From positions 9,568,524-9,612,000 of the forward strand of contig NC_091999.1 in the NCBI RefSeq assembly GCF_044704955.1: a stretch of DNA of 43,477 nt, read 5' to 3'. Positions within the stretch are counted from its first letter, which is position 1. Every line of letters starts with the position of its first letter. Positions 10,915-23,112 of this stretch are shown here, piece by piece. The notes beneath the pieces were generated by a model that was given only the letters and a program-made list of their open reading frames with translations, ran no database searches and was not told the origin of the DNA. The translations under genes and the position numbers were made by a program. Source of the stretch: Pristiophorus japonicus (Eukaryota).

Positions 10915-11208
10915 CAACATTGCTTAATGATTTTGAATATTCTGTATCCCATCCAGAAACATTGCACTGGAACTGTTTCTCCTGCTGGGTCTGAGACCCG
11001 GTCAGGAATCCCACCAGGCTGTAGCTCTTATCCTGGATCGACACTGAGGCATCCTCTGAGGTCCGTCGCTCGGATTTGACGCCATCATTCAGGGACACGT
11101 TGATATTGTTGGGGAAAAAGTCCGTCACCAGGCACACGGCTGAAGTCTCGGATTGTTGGCTGGGTGGAGGAAGGACATAGATCTCTGGTGTCAATGGACC
11201 GTCCCTTT
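10915..11208 (-). CDS. TRAC: TCR alpha constant region exon 1 (Ig C domain)
   Basis: Acceptor ccaacag at 11209-11210 and donor G|gtatgt at 10914; phase 1 matches the J donors. Translates RDGPLTPEIYVLPP...AVCLVTDFFP...SYSLVGFL...FQCNVSGW...SNV, with two Cys and no C-strand Trp, as is typical of C-alpha. Confidence 0.95.
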
Positions 11209-11235
11209 CTGTTGGTAGACAATGAGTAAATAAAT

Positions 11236-11947
11236 AAACATAGAAACATAGAAACATAGAAAATAGATGCAGGAGTAGGCCATTCGGCCCTTCGAGCCTA
11301 CACACCATTCAATAAGATCATGGCTGATCATTGACCTCAGTACCCCTTTCCTGCTTTCTCTCCATACCCCTTGATCCCTTTAAACATAAGGGCCATATCT
11401 AACTCCCTCTTCAAAATATCCAATGAACTGGCCTCAACAACTCTCTGCGGCAGGGAATTCCACAGGTTAACAACTCTCTGAGTGAAGAAGTTTCTCCTCA
11501 TCTCGGTCCTAAATGGCCTACCCCTTATCCTTAGACTGTGTCCCCTGGTTCTGGACTTCCCCAACATCGGGAACATTCTTCCCGCATCTAACCTGTCCAG
11601 TCCCGTCAGAATTTTATACGTTTCTATGAGATCCCCTCTCATCCTTCGAAACTCCAGTGAATACAGGCTCAGTCGATCCAGTCTCTCCTCATATATCAGT
11701 CCTGCCATCCCGGGAATCAATCTGGTGAACCTTCGCTGCACTCCCTCAATAGCAAGAACGTTCTTTCTCAGATTAGGAGACCAAAACTGAACACAATATT
11801 TCAGGTGAGGCCTCACCAAGGCCCTGTACAACTGCAGTAAGACCTCCCTGCTCCTATACTCAAATCCCCTCGCTATGAAGGCCAACATACCATTTGCCTT
11901 CTTCACCGCCTGTTGTGCCTGCGTACCAACTTTCAATGACTGATGTC
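11236..11947 (-). mobile_element. Young 5'-truncated CR1-like LINE
   Basis: Uninterrupted 199-aa ORF2 C-terminus (11337-11936) and (TTTCTATG)3 tail. Confidence 0.93.
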
Positions 11948-12039
11948 ATAACATAACGTTCCATAATTTAACTTTGAAGCCATCATCATCTTACAGGCGT
12001 TACCCACTAGTCTGACTCATCCTTTCCTGTCCAAATCAA

Positions 12040-13230
12040 AGAATAGCTGCTTGATGTAAAGACGAGAGAAGCTGGGTTTGTTTTCCTTAGAGCAGATAAG
12101 GTGACAGATCGATTTAATGGTGCTCTTGAAATCATGAAGGGAGTTCCATAGAGCAAATAAGGAGGAACTTCTTCCAATGGAGAAGGTTCGATAATCAGAG
12201 GACACCAATTGAGATGGGGAAAAGAGTCAGAGGGGATAGGAGGAGCATTTGTTTATTTGCAGAACTGTTCGGAGTTGGAAAACATTGCTGAAACGGCAGT
12301 GGACCCAGATTCCATTGTAACTTTCAAAAGGAAATTGGATAAATAGTTGAAGGGGAGAAATTTCAGGGCTATGAAGGAAGAGCAGGGGGATTGGGACTAG
12401 TTGGAAAACAAGGAGGAATTTCTTCTCTCAAAGGGTTGTAAACCTGTGGACTTTGCTGACTCAGAGAGCTGTGGAGGCTGGGTCATTGAATAATTTTAAG
12501 ACAGAGATAGACAGTTTCTTAACCAATAAGGGTATAAGGGGAGCAGGGAGGGAAGTGGAGCTGAGTCCATGATTGGATCAGCCATGATCGTATTAAATGG
12601 CGGAGCAGGCTCGAGGGGCTGTATGACCGACTCCTGCTCCTATTTCTTATATTCTTCTAACGTTTTGCTCAGTCGAGTGCCATTTGCCCTCGAGTTACCT
12701 CCTCTGCTTTCTCTCTTTTGCATTCTTTAACTAAACATAATTTTATTATATCGACTCTTCCTCAAATTCCGCCCCCCTCCTTTTAAGTTCACTTACATGC
12801 TATGCATCAATAACCATAAGCAAGTCCAGTAATGCTTGCACTCGCGGTTCCAATAACAACCCATTGAATGAGAAATTATGACTGAGCATTTGGAACTCCC
12901 GCTCATCCACATCCCCACCACCGACATTTCCAACGTCGATTATTGAATCCTAGAATGATAGAAATTTACAGCTCAGCCAGAGGCCTTTCGGCCCGTCCTG
13001 CTTGTGCAAGCTCTTTGAGAAAGCAGTCTGGTCCACGAGCGTGTAACTTCCTCATCCTCAAATATCTGTCCAACTCCCTTTGAAAATCAATGATGGATTC
13101 GGTTTCTACCTTTCAGGTCGAGTGTCCCAGACCCCGACAACCCTCTGAGTGAAGCTAATTCTGCTCATCTCCCTTCTGGATCTTTTGCCAATGATGTTAA
13201 AACTATGACCTCTGGCTATTGGCCCACTCA
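12040..13230. mobile_element. CR1-like 3' fragments (12040-12658 plus, two pieces; about 12950-13230 minus)
   Basis: Similarity to the other CR1 tails in the window; boundaries approximate, with unique DNA in between. Confidence 0.7.
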
Positions 13231-14007
13231 CAAGGGGGAAATTAAAAAGTATGTAACAATGAATCTCTTGACGAGACATATCTAACGTGATTTAATAATT
13301 TAATAACTCTATTGAGTTGTGATTGTATAGGTACACATTACATCGTTTGCATTTAGATTTTAAAACTCCTCAAATTTGCAAATCCGAATAAATCTGCAAG
13401 AAATCATGACAGGAGTACACCTCTGTCTCTCTCTTTCTCTCTTTATCAGTCTCTCACTCTCTCTTTCTCTGCCTTAATGTTCACACCATCATCAATAGTC
13501 GATCTACATCTCCTTGTTAAGCTTCACTTCTAACAGTAGTGTCCTTACAATACTAATTGAATTGCTAGCACCACTCCAGTGATAGACCATTAGCGTAAAT
13601 GTTATTCGCTCCGAGAATCACTGCTGCATTGTCGATTCAAACGCTGCCTCTGTTCGGAAACACAATTCCTCATTTGCTTCCATTTCCATTGGACTCACAG
13701 TTCCAAATATTAGTTCAAGGTTACTATCTACCTATCAACTGGTCTCAATATAGAGGCTATCACATGGTGCCCGGATTAGTCTTTCAAATAGCTGGAGTTG
13801 AAACTGTAGCTGGTGTGACATTTGCATCAAATCCGTTGTCATGCACATTAAATTGTGAATGCAACCGGTCTCGAGACACTGAACACTAAAACCGGAGGGT
13901 CCCTATTGGATTCCGCATATTCTTTTTTGAAAATGTTTGTGGTTTGAAAAACAAGGGTTCATCGAGATATTTGTATGTGGTCAATAATCAATTGCGATAT
14001 CTGTGCA

Positions 14008-14378
14008 CACTAGGTCTGTGCAGCAGAGCAGGTCTCCAGTCGTCCTGGTTAACCCTTGCCACTGGACCAAGACCTCGCTCTGTCAAGCCCCGTGTGGTGG
14101 CTGGTGTGCAACGGTCACCCCACGTTAAAACAATCCACCTACAGGCATCTTCCACCCTTCAGGATGTAATTCGGGATCTGGAATATTTGGTCCTTCATTG
14201 AAACACCTGGAGAACCATTGAGGATTGAATGATCAACCATGATCTTATTGAATGGTGGTGCAGGCTCGAAGGGCCGAATAGCCTGCTCCTGCACCTAATT
14301 TCTATGTTTCTATGTTTCATCCTTTTTTGGCATGGAAGCAAGTCATCCTCGTTTCGAGGGACTGCCTATGATGATGAC
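14008..14378 (+). mobile_element. Short non-autonomous element with RTE-type 3' tail, interrupted by a CR1 tail (about 14210-14317)
   Basis: 14332-14377 tggaagcaagtcatcctcgtttcgagggactgcctatgatgatga matches the RTE 3' end at 2810-2855; the body does not match the RTE ORF. Confidence 0.6.
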
Positions 14379-15378
14379 GATTAAAAAAATATATTAAGAT
14401 TTTGCTAATTATTCCATCTGTCATATTTGATACATATTTCTTGCCTACCGAGGGTTCTAAATAACTTCACGGTGGTATTCACCATCACTGTGTACTTAAG
14501 GTATAAAATCACAGGTCACTATATGTATGTTCTTCGAAGATTATCATGAATACAACAGATAGCAATCTTTCACCTACTGATGCTAGATCTATTTATGTTT
14601 ATTTCACTTTTAAACACCAATATTATCGCCTAGTTGTCTGCACTGTTAGTGTGGATCTATTGGCATGCAGGCCCCTGATATTAATTTCACAAACGTCCAA
14701 CACCAGCTCCTCTTGAAAACATCTGCCTCCTGTGAGTAAGTGAGGATTCAACAGCCATTTTGTCAAACAACCTATTTGCATCCATAGACTAAGTTGATAA
14801 CTAGCAACCTTTCCATTCAGTCTCATGTGCCTGTCACAACATTTTACAACACCTGTACTGGCTCTGTGCAATAATGATCCACTTCCCCAAAACCAGTTTT
14901 CATTATTACAGAATTACACTTAAAACCTCTGAAGGATGCTGCTTACAACTTGCACATATATTTCGCCCCAATGACACACGTCATATAATGGGCAAAACAT
15001 AACAGTGTGCAGAAATATTGAGAGAGTCAGCTTAACCCTGGCTTCACCCCAGAATATTGTTGATTGTCAAATTCCCAGAGCCCATGCCTTCTCAGTGCAT
15101 GAACCCAGCAACTATCCAATATGGGGTTGTGTTTCATTGTCATCGAATGTCTGTGAACTATCTATTTCTATCTTTAATAGTAGGGCATTAAAACTGTGAA
15201 TCTCCCCCACGCAGTTTATTGTTGTTTTATAATTAATATTTCGACAATATTTCTGTTCTTCCACACTGTTGTGCATAGTGTTTGCTAATTTCTCATTTTC
15301 TTTCGGTGCTAATATTCCATACGGAAACAATAAGCCATTTGTTTTAATGGGGGGGGGGGTGGGGGAAGGATGACTTAC

Positions 15379-15435
15379 TGGGTGTGACAGTCAGTCTGGT
15401 TCCAGATCCAAATATTTATTTGTAGTTATTATTGG
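15379..15435 (-). pseudogene. TRAJ: J-alpha 1: NNYK*IFGSGTRLTVTP, in-frame stop
   Basis: RSS cactgca(15436-42)+12+acaaaaact; donor gtaagt; TAA where paralog J3 has CAA. Confidence 0.85.
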
Positions 15436-15771
15436 CACTGCATCATAGGGCAACACAAAAACTACGTGACATGATCAATGGTGGGGGGCCTTTTTATAGG
15501 ATGCATTGATGAGTGCAATTAAATATGATGTTGGTGTACTTTCTGAAGTACAACTTGCAAAACACACTTTCACCTGCTAAATATGTTAAAAAACATATTA
15601 TTCAACATTTTACATTACTTAGCTATGTATATATGTATTTAATTATATATTTATCCATGCATGTATGTATTTATCTATGTGTGTCTCTATGTATTTATAT
15701 ATGTTTCTAGCTAGGCATTTATATATGTATGCATGCATGCATGTATGCATCTATCTTTTTCTGTGGCTATC

Positions 15772-15781
15772 TCTCTATCTC

Positions 15782-15840
<59 letters not shown>
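15772..15840 (+). repeat. (CTAT)n microsatellite; paralogous tracts at about 17546-17594 and 19287-19358
   Basis: Direct reading. Confidence 0.95.
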
Positions 15841-15841
<1 letters not shown>

Positions 15842-16104
15842 CTATTATAGTTTTCAGTTGAAGCGTGTGTGATACCCAATTTTATTATCAGTTTCCCACC
15901 AAAGATGTTAAAATGAAGGCAGAATATAGGAAATATTTTACTGAATTGCCTAATGATATTTTCATTATAAAAAGCTGCCCATTAATTCTAAGAAATTATA
16001 TCTCATGTGATTTTCATGTTTGTTTTAAACTCGAAATAACAAATAATGAGAAGCATTTTTTTTTACTGAAATATGGATAACACGATAAAAGTTTCAAAAC
16101 TTAC

Positions 16105-16165
16105 TGGGTTGTACAATTACTTTAGTCCCGCTTCCAAACGTTATCTTGTAGTTGCTATCATAATG
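16105..16165 (-). CDS. TRAJ: J-alpha 2: HYDSNYKITFGSGTKVIVQP
   Basis: RSS cacagtg(16166-72)+12+acaaaaaat; donor gtaagt; FGXG. Confidence 0.95.
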
Positions 16166-17247
16166 CACAGTGCCTTACTCTCTTACAAAAAATACTTACA
16201 GGCCAATGCACATTGTCCACCTCATCTTCTTCAAAAATATCAAAACTAGTTAGCAAAACAACCCTTGAAATGTAATTTTTCTTTCAATTTATCTTCTATT
16301 AAGTATCTAAGTTTTAGTTGTATAATGAACTATCTAATTCCATCATTATAAACCCATAAACAACGACAATGAAGGTTGCCCATTTAAGCATCTTGATGAA
16401 TTCTTACAGAACTTTGTTTCTACAACAGAATATGCCACATTAAAAAATCCCGACAGTCTCTCCACTGTCCAAAGGAAATCATTTGACAGGTTTCTATTTA
16501 ATGTTATTCCAGCTCAAATTTCCTTTTGTAATTCATTCGGTCTTTAAGATCCATAACACAAAAATACATGGGTGAAATCAGTCTCTAAATTTCTGCAGTG
16601 TGTTTGTCTAATCTCTCCCTACCTACCTCTCTTTTGCTCTATTTTTCACTTTCTCTCTCTGAGTATACAGGGCATAGTTCATACATTGTACTATTTATTG
16701 CAACTGAGCCACTGTCCAGCAAGCTATTATTTATAAATCTTGTCTACTCTATTGAGGTTGAAGATATTGGTATCAAGCAGTATGCAAAATAACCAGTTGC
16801 ACAGATATTTCACCCCAATGACACACGTTTTATGCTGCCCAAAACATAACAGAATGCAGAACTATTAGGAGAGTCGGTTAAATCCTAGCTTCACACCAGA
16901 ATGTTGATTGATTGCCAAATTCCCAGAGCCCATGCCTTCCCAGTGTATGAACCCAACACCTATCCAATATAGGATTGCATTTCATTGCCATCGAATGTCC
17001 GTCAGTTACCTCTCCTATGTTTTAATAGTAGGACAGTAAACCTGTGAATTGCATTTTTGTTAGACTTGATTTTAACCCCCCACCAACAACTGTTTATTGT
17101 TATTTTATAATTCATATTTCTACAATATTTCTGTTCTTCCATAAGGTGTTCCATTTTGTTTGCTAATTTCTACATTTCCCTTGGCGCGAATTATATCACA
17201 GAGGACTAATAAATCATTTGTTATAATGGGGAGATGTGTTGACTTAC

Positions 17248-17304
17248 TGGGTGTGACAGTCAGTCTGGTTCCAGATCCAAATATTTGTTTGTAGTTATTA
17301 TTCA
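17248..17304 (-). CDS. TRAJ: J-alpha 3: NNNYKQIFGSGTRLTVTP
   Basis: RSS cacagca(17305-11)+12+acaaaaact; donor gtaagt. Confidence 0.95.
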
Positions 17305-17545
17305 CACAGCATTAAAGGGTCACACAAAAACTATGTGAGATGATTAATGGTGAGGGGCATTTTATAGGATGCTTTGGTGAGTGCACTTAAATATTACGCT
17401 GGAGCTTATACTTTCTGAAGTACAATTGGCAAAACACGTTATCACCTACTAAATATTTTTTAATAGTAATGTATATTATTTGACATTTTAAATTATTTAC
17501 CTATGCATGTATATATTTATCTATGTATTGATTTAAACATGGACG

Positions 17546-17593
<48 letters not shown>

Positions 17594-17853
17594 CATATTA
17601 TAGTTTTCAGTTAATGTGTGTGAGATACCCGATTGTATTAGCAAGTCCGCACCAAAGATGTAAAAATGAATGCTTAATATAGGATATATTTTACTGAACT
17701 GCCAAATGAGATTTTCGTGATATAGTTTGCCATTAATTCTCTACATGATGAAATTGTATTTCATATCATTTTCCTGTTTGTTTTAAGCTCACATTGGCAA
17801 ATTATGAGAAGCATTTTTTTTGACTGAATAGTGGAAAACATGATAGAACTTAC

Positions 17854-17916
17854 TGGGTTCTACAATTACTTTAGTCCCGCTTCCAAATGTTATCTTGTTA
17901 TTGCCTGCATAATTCA
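17854..17916 (-). CDS. TRAJ: J-alpha 4: NYAGNNKITFGSGTKVIVEP
   Basis: RSS cacagtg(17917-23)+12+acaaaaaat; donor gtaagt. Confidence 0.95.
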
Positions 17917-18991
17917 CACAGTGCCTTACTCTCTTACAAAAAATACTTACTGGTCAATTCACAATGTCCACCTCATTATCATTGAAATATGTTAAACTAG
18001 TTAGCACAATGACCCTTTAAATGTAATTGTTTCCTTCAATCTATCATCTATTAAATAATTGTTGTATAATAAATCATCTAATTACATAGTTATAAACCAA
18101 AAAACTATGATGATGAAGGTAACCAACCCATTTATGCGTCTTTATGATTTCTTATTTAATTTTTTGAATACAACAGAACATGCCACGTTAAAAAAATCTT
18201 GATAGTCTCTACACTGTTCAAAGGAAATCATTCGATAGGTTTCCAGTTAATTTTATTCCACCTCAAATTGTAATTCACCCAGTCTTTATGATCCCTAACA
18301 CAAAAAAGCATGAGTGAAATCACTCTCTAACTTTCTGCAGTGTGTTTGTCTAATCTCTCCCTCGTTACCTCTCTTTTGCTCTATTTTTCACTTTCTCTCT
18401 CTGAGTATACAGGGCATTGGTCGTACATTGTACCATTTATTGCAACTGAGCCACTGTCCAGCAAATATTGAAGCAAGCTATTATTTATAAATCTTGCCTA
18501 TTGTATTGATGTTTGCAATATTGGTATCAAGTAGTGTGCAAACTAGCCACTTACACATATATTTTACCCCAAGGACACACGCTGCCCAAAACATAACAGA
18601 ATGCAGAAATATTGTGATAGTCAGCTTAACCCTGCCTTGACACCAGAATGCTGATTGACTTCCAAATTCCCAGAGCCCATGCCTTCCAGTGTATGAACCC
18701 ACCACCTATCCAATATCGGATTGCATTTCATTGCCATCGAATATCTGGCAGTTACCTCCCCTATGTTTTAATAGTAGGACAGTAAACCTGTCAATTGCAT
18801 TTTTGTTAGACTTGATTTTCTCCCCCCACCAACAACTGTTTATTGTTATTTTATAATTCATATTTCTACAATATTATTGTTCTTCCATAAGGTGTTCCAT
18901 TTAGTTTGCTAATTTCCACATTTATCTTGGTGCTAATATGCCATACAAGAATAATAAATACGTGTTATAATGGGGAGAAAGGTTGACTTAC

Positions 18992-19054
18992 TGGGTGTGA
19001 CAATCAGTCTGGTTCCAGATCCAAATGTTTGTTTGTAATTATAGTTATTATTCA
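18992..19054 (-). CDS. TRAJ: J-alpha 5: NNNYNYKQTFGSGTRLIVTP
   Basis: RSS cacagca(19055-61)+12+acaaaagct; donor gtaagt. Confidence 0.95.
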
Positions 19055-19629
19055 CACAGCATTAAAGGGTCACACAAAAGCTATGTGAGATGATCAATGG
19101 TGAGGAGCATTTTATAGGATGATTTGATGAGTGTAATTAAATGTTATTTTGGAACTTATAATTTCTGAAGTACAATTGGCAAAGCACATTATCACCTACT
19201 AAATATTTTTAATAGTAACGTATATTATTTGACATTTTATATTACTTAACTGTGTATGTAAATATTTATCTACATATGTAGGCATTTATCTATCTATCTA
19301 TCTATCTGTCTATCTATCTGTCTGTCTGTCTATCCGTCTATCGATCCATCTATCTATCCATATTATAGTTTTCAGTTAAAGTGTGTGTAATACCCGATTT
19401 TATTAGCAGTTCCCCACCAGTGATGTAACAATGAATGCTAAATATAGAAAATATTTTACTGAACTGCCTAATGAGATTTTTGTTGTATATTTTGCCCCAT
19501 TAATTCTGTAGACAATGGAAATTATATCTCATGGAATTTTCATGCTTGTTTTCAACTCACATTAAAAATTAATGAGAAGCATTGTTTTTACAGAATAATG
19601 GAAAACACGATAAAAGTTTCAACACTTAC

Positions 19630-19692
19630 TAGGTTCTACAATTACTTTAGTCCCGCTTCCAAATGTTAACTTGTAGTTCCCATCATATTTCA
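19630..19692 (-). CDS. TRAJ: J-alpha 6: KYDGNYKLTFGSGTKVIVEP
   Basis: RSS cacagtg(19693-99)+12+acaaaaata; donor gtaagt. Confidence 0.95.
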
Positions 19693-20206
19693 CACAGTGC
19701 CTTACCTTCTTACAAAAATACTTACAGGCCAATTCACAATTTACCCTTCATCTTCCTTTACAAAGTGCAAACTAATGAACATAATGATCCCTTAAATGTA
19801 TTTTGCTTCAATATAGCCTGCTTTAAGTAACCAAATTTTAGTTGTATAACTAACCATCACTTATGCATCTTGATGAATTCTTATTGGTGAATTCTTACAA
19901 AAGAGTATGCCACATTAAAAAATCATGGTAGTCTCTATACTGTCCAAAGGAAATCATTCGATAGGTTTCTACTTAATTTAGCACACCTCAAATTTACTTT
20001 TGTAATAATCCAAGAGTTATGATCCCTAATGCAAAAAAACACGAGTGAAAGCAATATGTAACTTTCTGCAGTGTGTTTGTCTAATCTCTCCCTCACTACC
20101 TCTCTTTTGCTCTATTTTTCCTTTCTCTCTCTGAATTAACAGGGCATTCGTCATACATTATACCATTTTATGCAACTGATCAACTATCCCAGAAAGGTTG
20201 ACTTAC

Positions 20207-20263
20207 TCGGTGTGACAATCAGTCTGGTTCCAGAGCCAAATGTTTGTTTGAAGTCACTATTCA
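20207..20263 (-). CDS. TRAJ: J-alpha 7: NSDFKQTFGSGTRLIVTP
   Basis: RSS cacatca(20264-70)+12+acaaaaact; donor gtaagt. Confidence 0.93.
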
Positions 20264-20980
20264 CACATCATTATAGGGCCACACAAAAACTATGTGACAT
20301 GATCAATGGTGAGGGGCATTTCAGAGGATGCATTGATGAGTGCAATTAAATATTATGTTGATGCTTCTACTTTCTGAAGTATAATTGGCAAAGCACATTA
20401 TCACCTACTAAATATTTTTAATAGTAACGTATATTATTTGACATTTTATATTACTTAGCTGTGTATGTAAATATTTANNNNNNNNNNNNNNNNNNNNNNN
20501 NNNNNNNNNNNNNNNNNNNNNNNNNNNNNNNNNNNNNNNNNNNNNNNNNNNNNNNNNNNNNNNNNNNNNNNNNNNNNNNNNNNNNNNNNNNNNNNNNNNN
20601 NNNNNNNNNNNNNNNNNNNNNNNNNNNNNNNNNNNNNNNNNNNNNNNNNNNNNNNNNNNNTTTCTATCTGACAGTCTTTATATCTAATGACCGATCTTTC
20701 TCTCTATCTTTGTGTATATCTGTCTATGTTATAGTATTCAGTTAAGGTGCATTTGACACCAGATTTTAAAAATGAATTAAAAATTAATGCTGAAAATAGG
20801 AAGTATTTTACTGAACTGCCTAATGAGATTTTCGTTACATATTTCACCATTAATTCTCTAGATGATGGAAATTATCTCTCAGGGCATTGTCATGTTTGTT
20901 TTCAGCTCACATTAACAATTAATGGGAAGCATTTTATTTTGCAGAATAATGGAAAACATGATAAAAGTTTCAACACTTAC

Positions 20981-21049
20981 TGGGTTCTACAATTACTTTA
21001 ATCCCGCTTCCAAATGTTATCTTGTTGCCGTCTGCATAATTCTGATTCA
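20981..21049 (-). CDS. TRAJ: J-alpha 8: NQNYADGNKITFGSGIKVIVEP
   Basis: RSS cacagtg(21050-56)+12+acaacaagt (weak nonamer); donor gtaagt; longest J here (69 nt). Confidence 0.9.
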
Positions 21050-22023
21050 CACAGTGCCTTAATCTCTTACAACAAGTATTTACTGGTCAATCCACAATGT
21101 CCCCTCCTTCCGTTACAAAGTGCAAACTAATCAACATAATGGCCTCTTTAATGTGCTTTTCCTTCATGTTATCTACTTCAAGTAACTACGTTTTAATCGT
21201 ATAACCAACCATCAAATTCCGAAGTTATAAACCGAAAGGTTACAACAATGAAGGTAGCCCATTTCTGCACCTTCATGAATTCTTTTTGAATTTTATTTGT
21301 ACAAAAGAATATGCCACGTTAGAAAAATCATGATAGTCTCTACAGTGTCCAAATGAAATGATTTGAATGATTTCTATTTAATTTATTCCACCTCAAATTT
21401 AATTTTGTTAATCATCCAGGAGTTATGATCCCTAACACAAAACATGACAGGTGGATGCAGTCTCTTACTTTCTGTAGTGTGTTTTAATAATCTATCTCTC
21501 TTTTGTTCTATTTTTTCCTTTCTCTCTGTGAGTTTACAGTCCACTAGTTAGGCATTGTACCATTTAGTTCAACGTGTGATCTGTGCAGGAAATATTGAAG
21601 CAAACTATTAATGACAAATCTTGTCTATTCTATTGCTATTTGCAATGTTGGTAACCAACTGCTTATTTTGACTGGAGTCATTATATACTTGACCTGTTGC
21701 CAAATTTTGAAAGACTCGCATATCTCGTCCAACCTATGTTATTTTCCAAGTGTGTTTCCACGTGTTATCTACCTCAACATTGGTCCTATTGAGGAATGAT
21801 ACAGTCCCCAAATTATCATCTCCCTCTACGTTGCATCTTTATTACTGCTAACCCCATGCACAGTTTATGTATCACAACGCATATCCACCTTGGGCTCCAA
21901 GTATCCAATCCACTAAATGACCCACAACCTGTTCAGATACCTCTGAAAGAATCTGGTTGATTGTACAAATATACAAATGGCAGGTAGGGTTAAAAGGTTA
22001 ATTATGTTGGGTGAGATACTTAC

Positions 22024-22086
22024 GTGGCTGTACAGTTAATCTAGCTCCTCTTCCAAACTGTAGTTTATGGTTTGTACCTAGATTCA
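22024..22086 (-). CDS. TRAJ: J-alpha 9: NLGTNHKLQFGRGARLTVQP
   Basis: RSS cacagta(22087-93)+12+acaaaaagc; donor gtaagt. Confidence 0.94.
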
Positions 22087-22329
22087 CACAGTATTGCACT
22101 CTTCCACAAAAAGCACATGTTTCATTTGGTGATCATTTCATTTATCAATATGATTTTACAATTCATACGATTGAAGCGAGACTATTTGTCCAAATCTACT
22201 AATTCATATAATTGATGCTAAATGTACTGTTGCAACAAAAAAGCAATATATTCTATTTCCAATCATGTACATCTAGATCTTTGACTAATATCATTTTGAA
22301 ATACACTTATCACATTGTATGTCACTGAC

Positions 22330-22720
22330 GTTAGTTTTCCCATTCTTCTCATCCCTGCGTTTTTGCCAATTACCTTAAATCTCCATTACAGACCCTTCTG
22401 CCACTGGACACAACTTTTCCTTACTTACTCTATCAAAACCCCTCATGATTGTGAGCACCTCTATCAAGTCTCCTCTTGACCTTCTCTGCTCGAAGGAGAA
22501 CAATCCCAGCTACTCCAATCTCTCAAATAACTGAAGTCACACAGCCCTGGTAAGATTCTGGTAAATCTCCCCTGCAGTCTCTCCAAGTGCTTAAAGTGCA
22601 GTGCCTAGAATTGGACAGCTATAAAAGTTTATAAAAGTGGTTTATAAAAGTTTAATATAACTTCCTTGCTTTTGTACTTTGTACCTTTATTTGTAAAGTT
22701 AAGGATCCCGTCAGCTTCTT
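22330..22720 (-). mobile_element. Old CR1-like fragment
   Basis: Reverse strand shows LGLFSFEQRRSRGDLIEVLTIMRGFDRV. Confidence 0.75.
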
Positions 22721-23049
22721 CAACATATTATGGATGTTATCTCCACAGTGAAATCATTCAGACCACTGTGTGCAACTAGTCTTAACTTCCAAGAGTGTTT
22801 TTATGATGTTATTTTGGATAAGGCAACATGCAATCTTCTATTCAATTACATACTCTTGAGCATCATTTCATCCTTATTTTCTTTTAAATTCTACTCTTGT
22901 CTTGGTCCATCTTGCCCATGGTCAATCCATATTAAGTTAAACCTTATTTACATGTTCTTAAAATGAGTGGTAATATTTGAAATATATCTTACACATGGGT
23001 AGTCATTAGTACACTTTCATAGTGTGATTTAGTTTAGTAAATTACGTAC

Positions 23050-23112
23050 CTGGCTGTACAATTAGCTTGGTCCCTCTTCCAAAAATCTGCACCCAAGTTC
23101 CTCCATTAGTCA
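23050..23112 (-). CDS. TRAJ: J-alpha 10: TNGGTWVQIFGRGTKLIVQP
   Basis: RSS cacactg(23113-19)+12+acaaaaact; donor gtacgt. Confidence 0.94.

Larger units (their letters stand above)
14940..21650. repeat. Tandem segmental duplication: 2-J cassette x4 (~1.75-1.87 kb period, last unit shortened)
   Basis: J pairs 1/2, 3/4, 5/6 and 7/8 share homologous flanks (e.g. cccagagcccatgccttc, tctgcagtgtgtttgtctaatctctccct). Each has a (CTAT)n tract or a gap between the two Js. Confidence 0.92.

Noticed and set aside
9510-11208. Assignment as TCR delta, Ig light chain or NAR-TCR constant region
   Set aside because: The TM exon excludes a light chain. More than 30 Js with 12-RSS, no D segments, and an FNVLMTIRVWIS ending fit alpha better than delta. 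No V exons are seen in the window.
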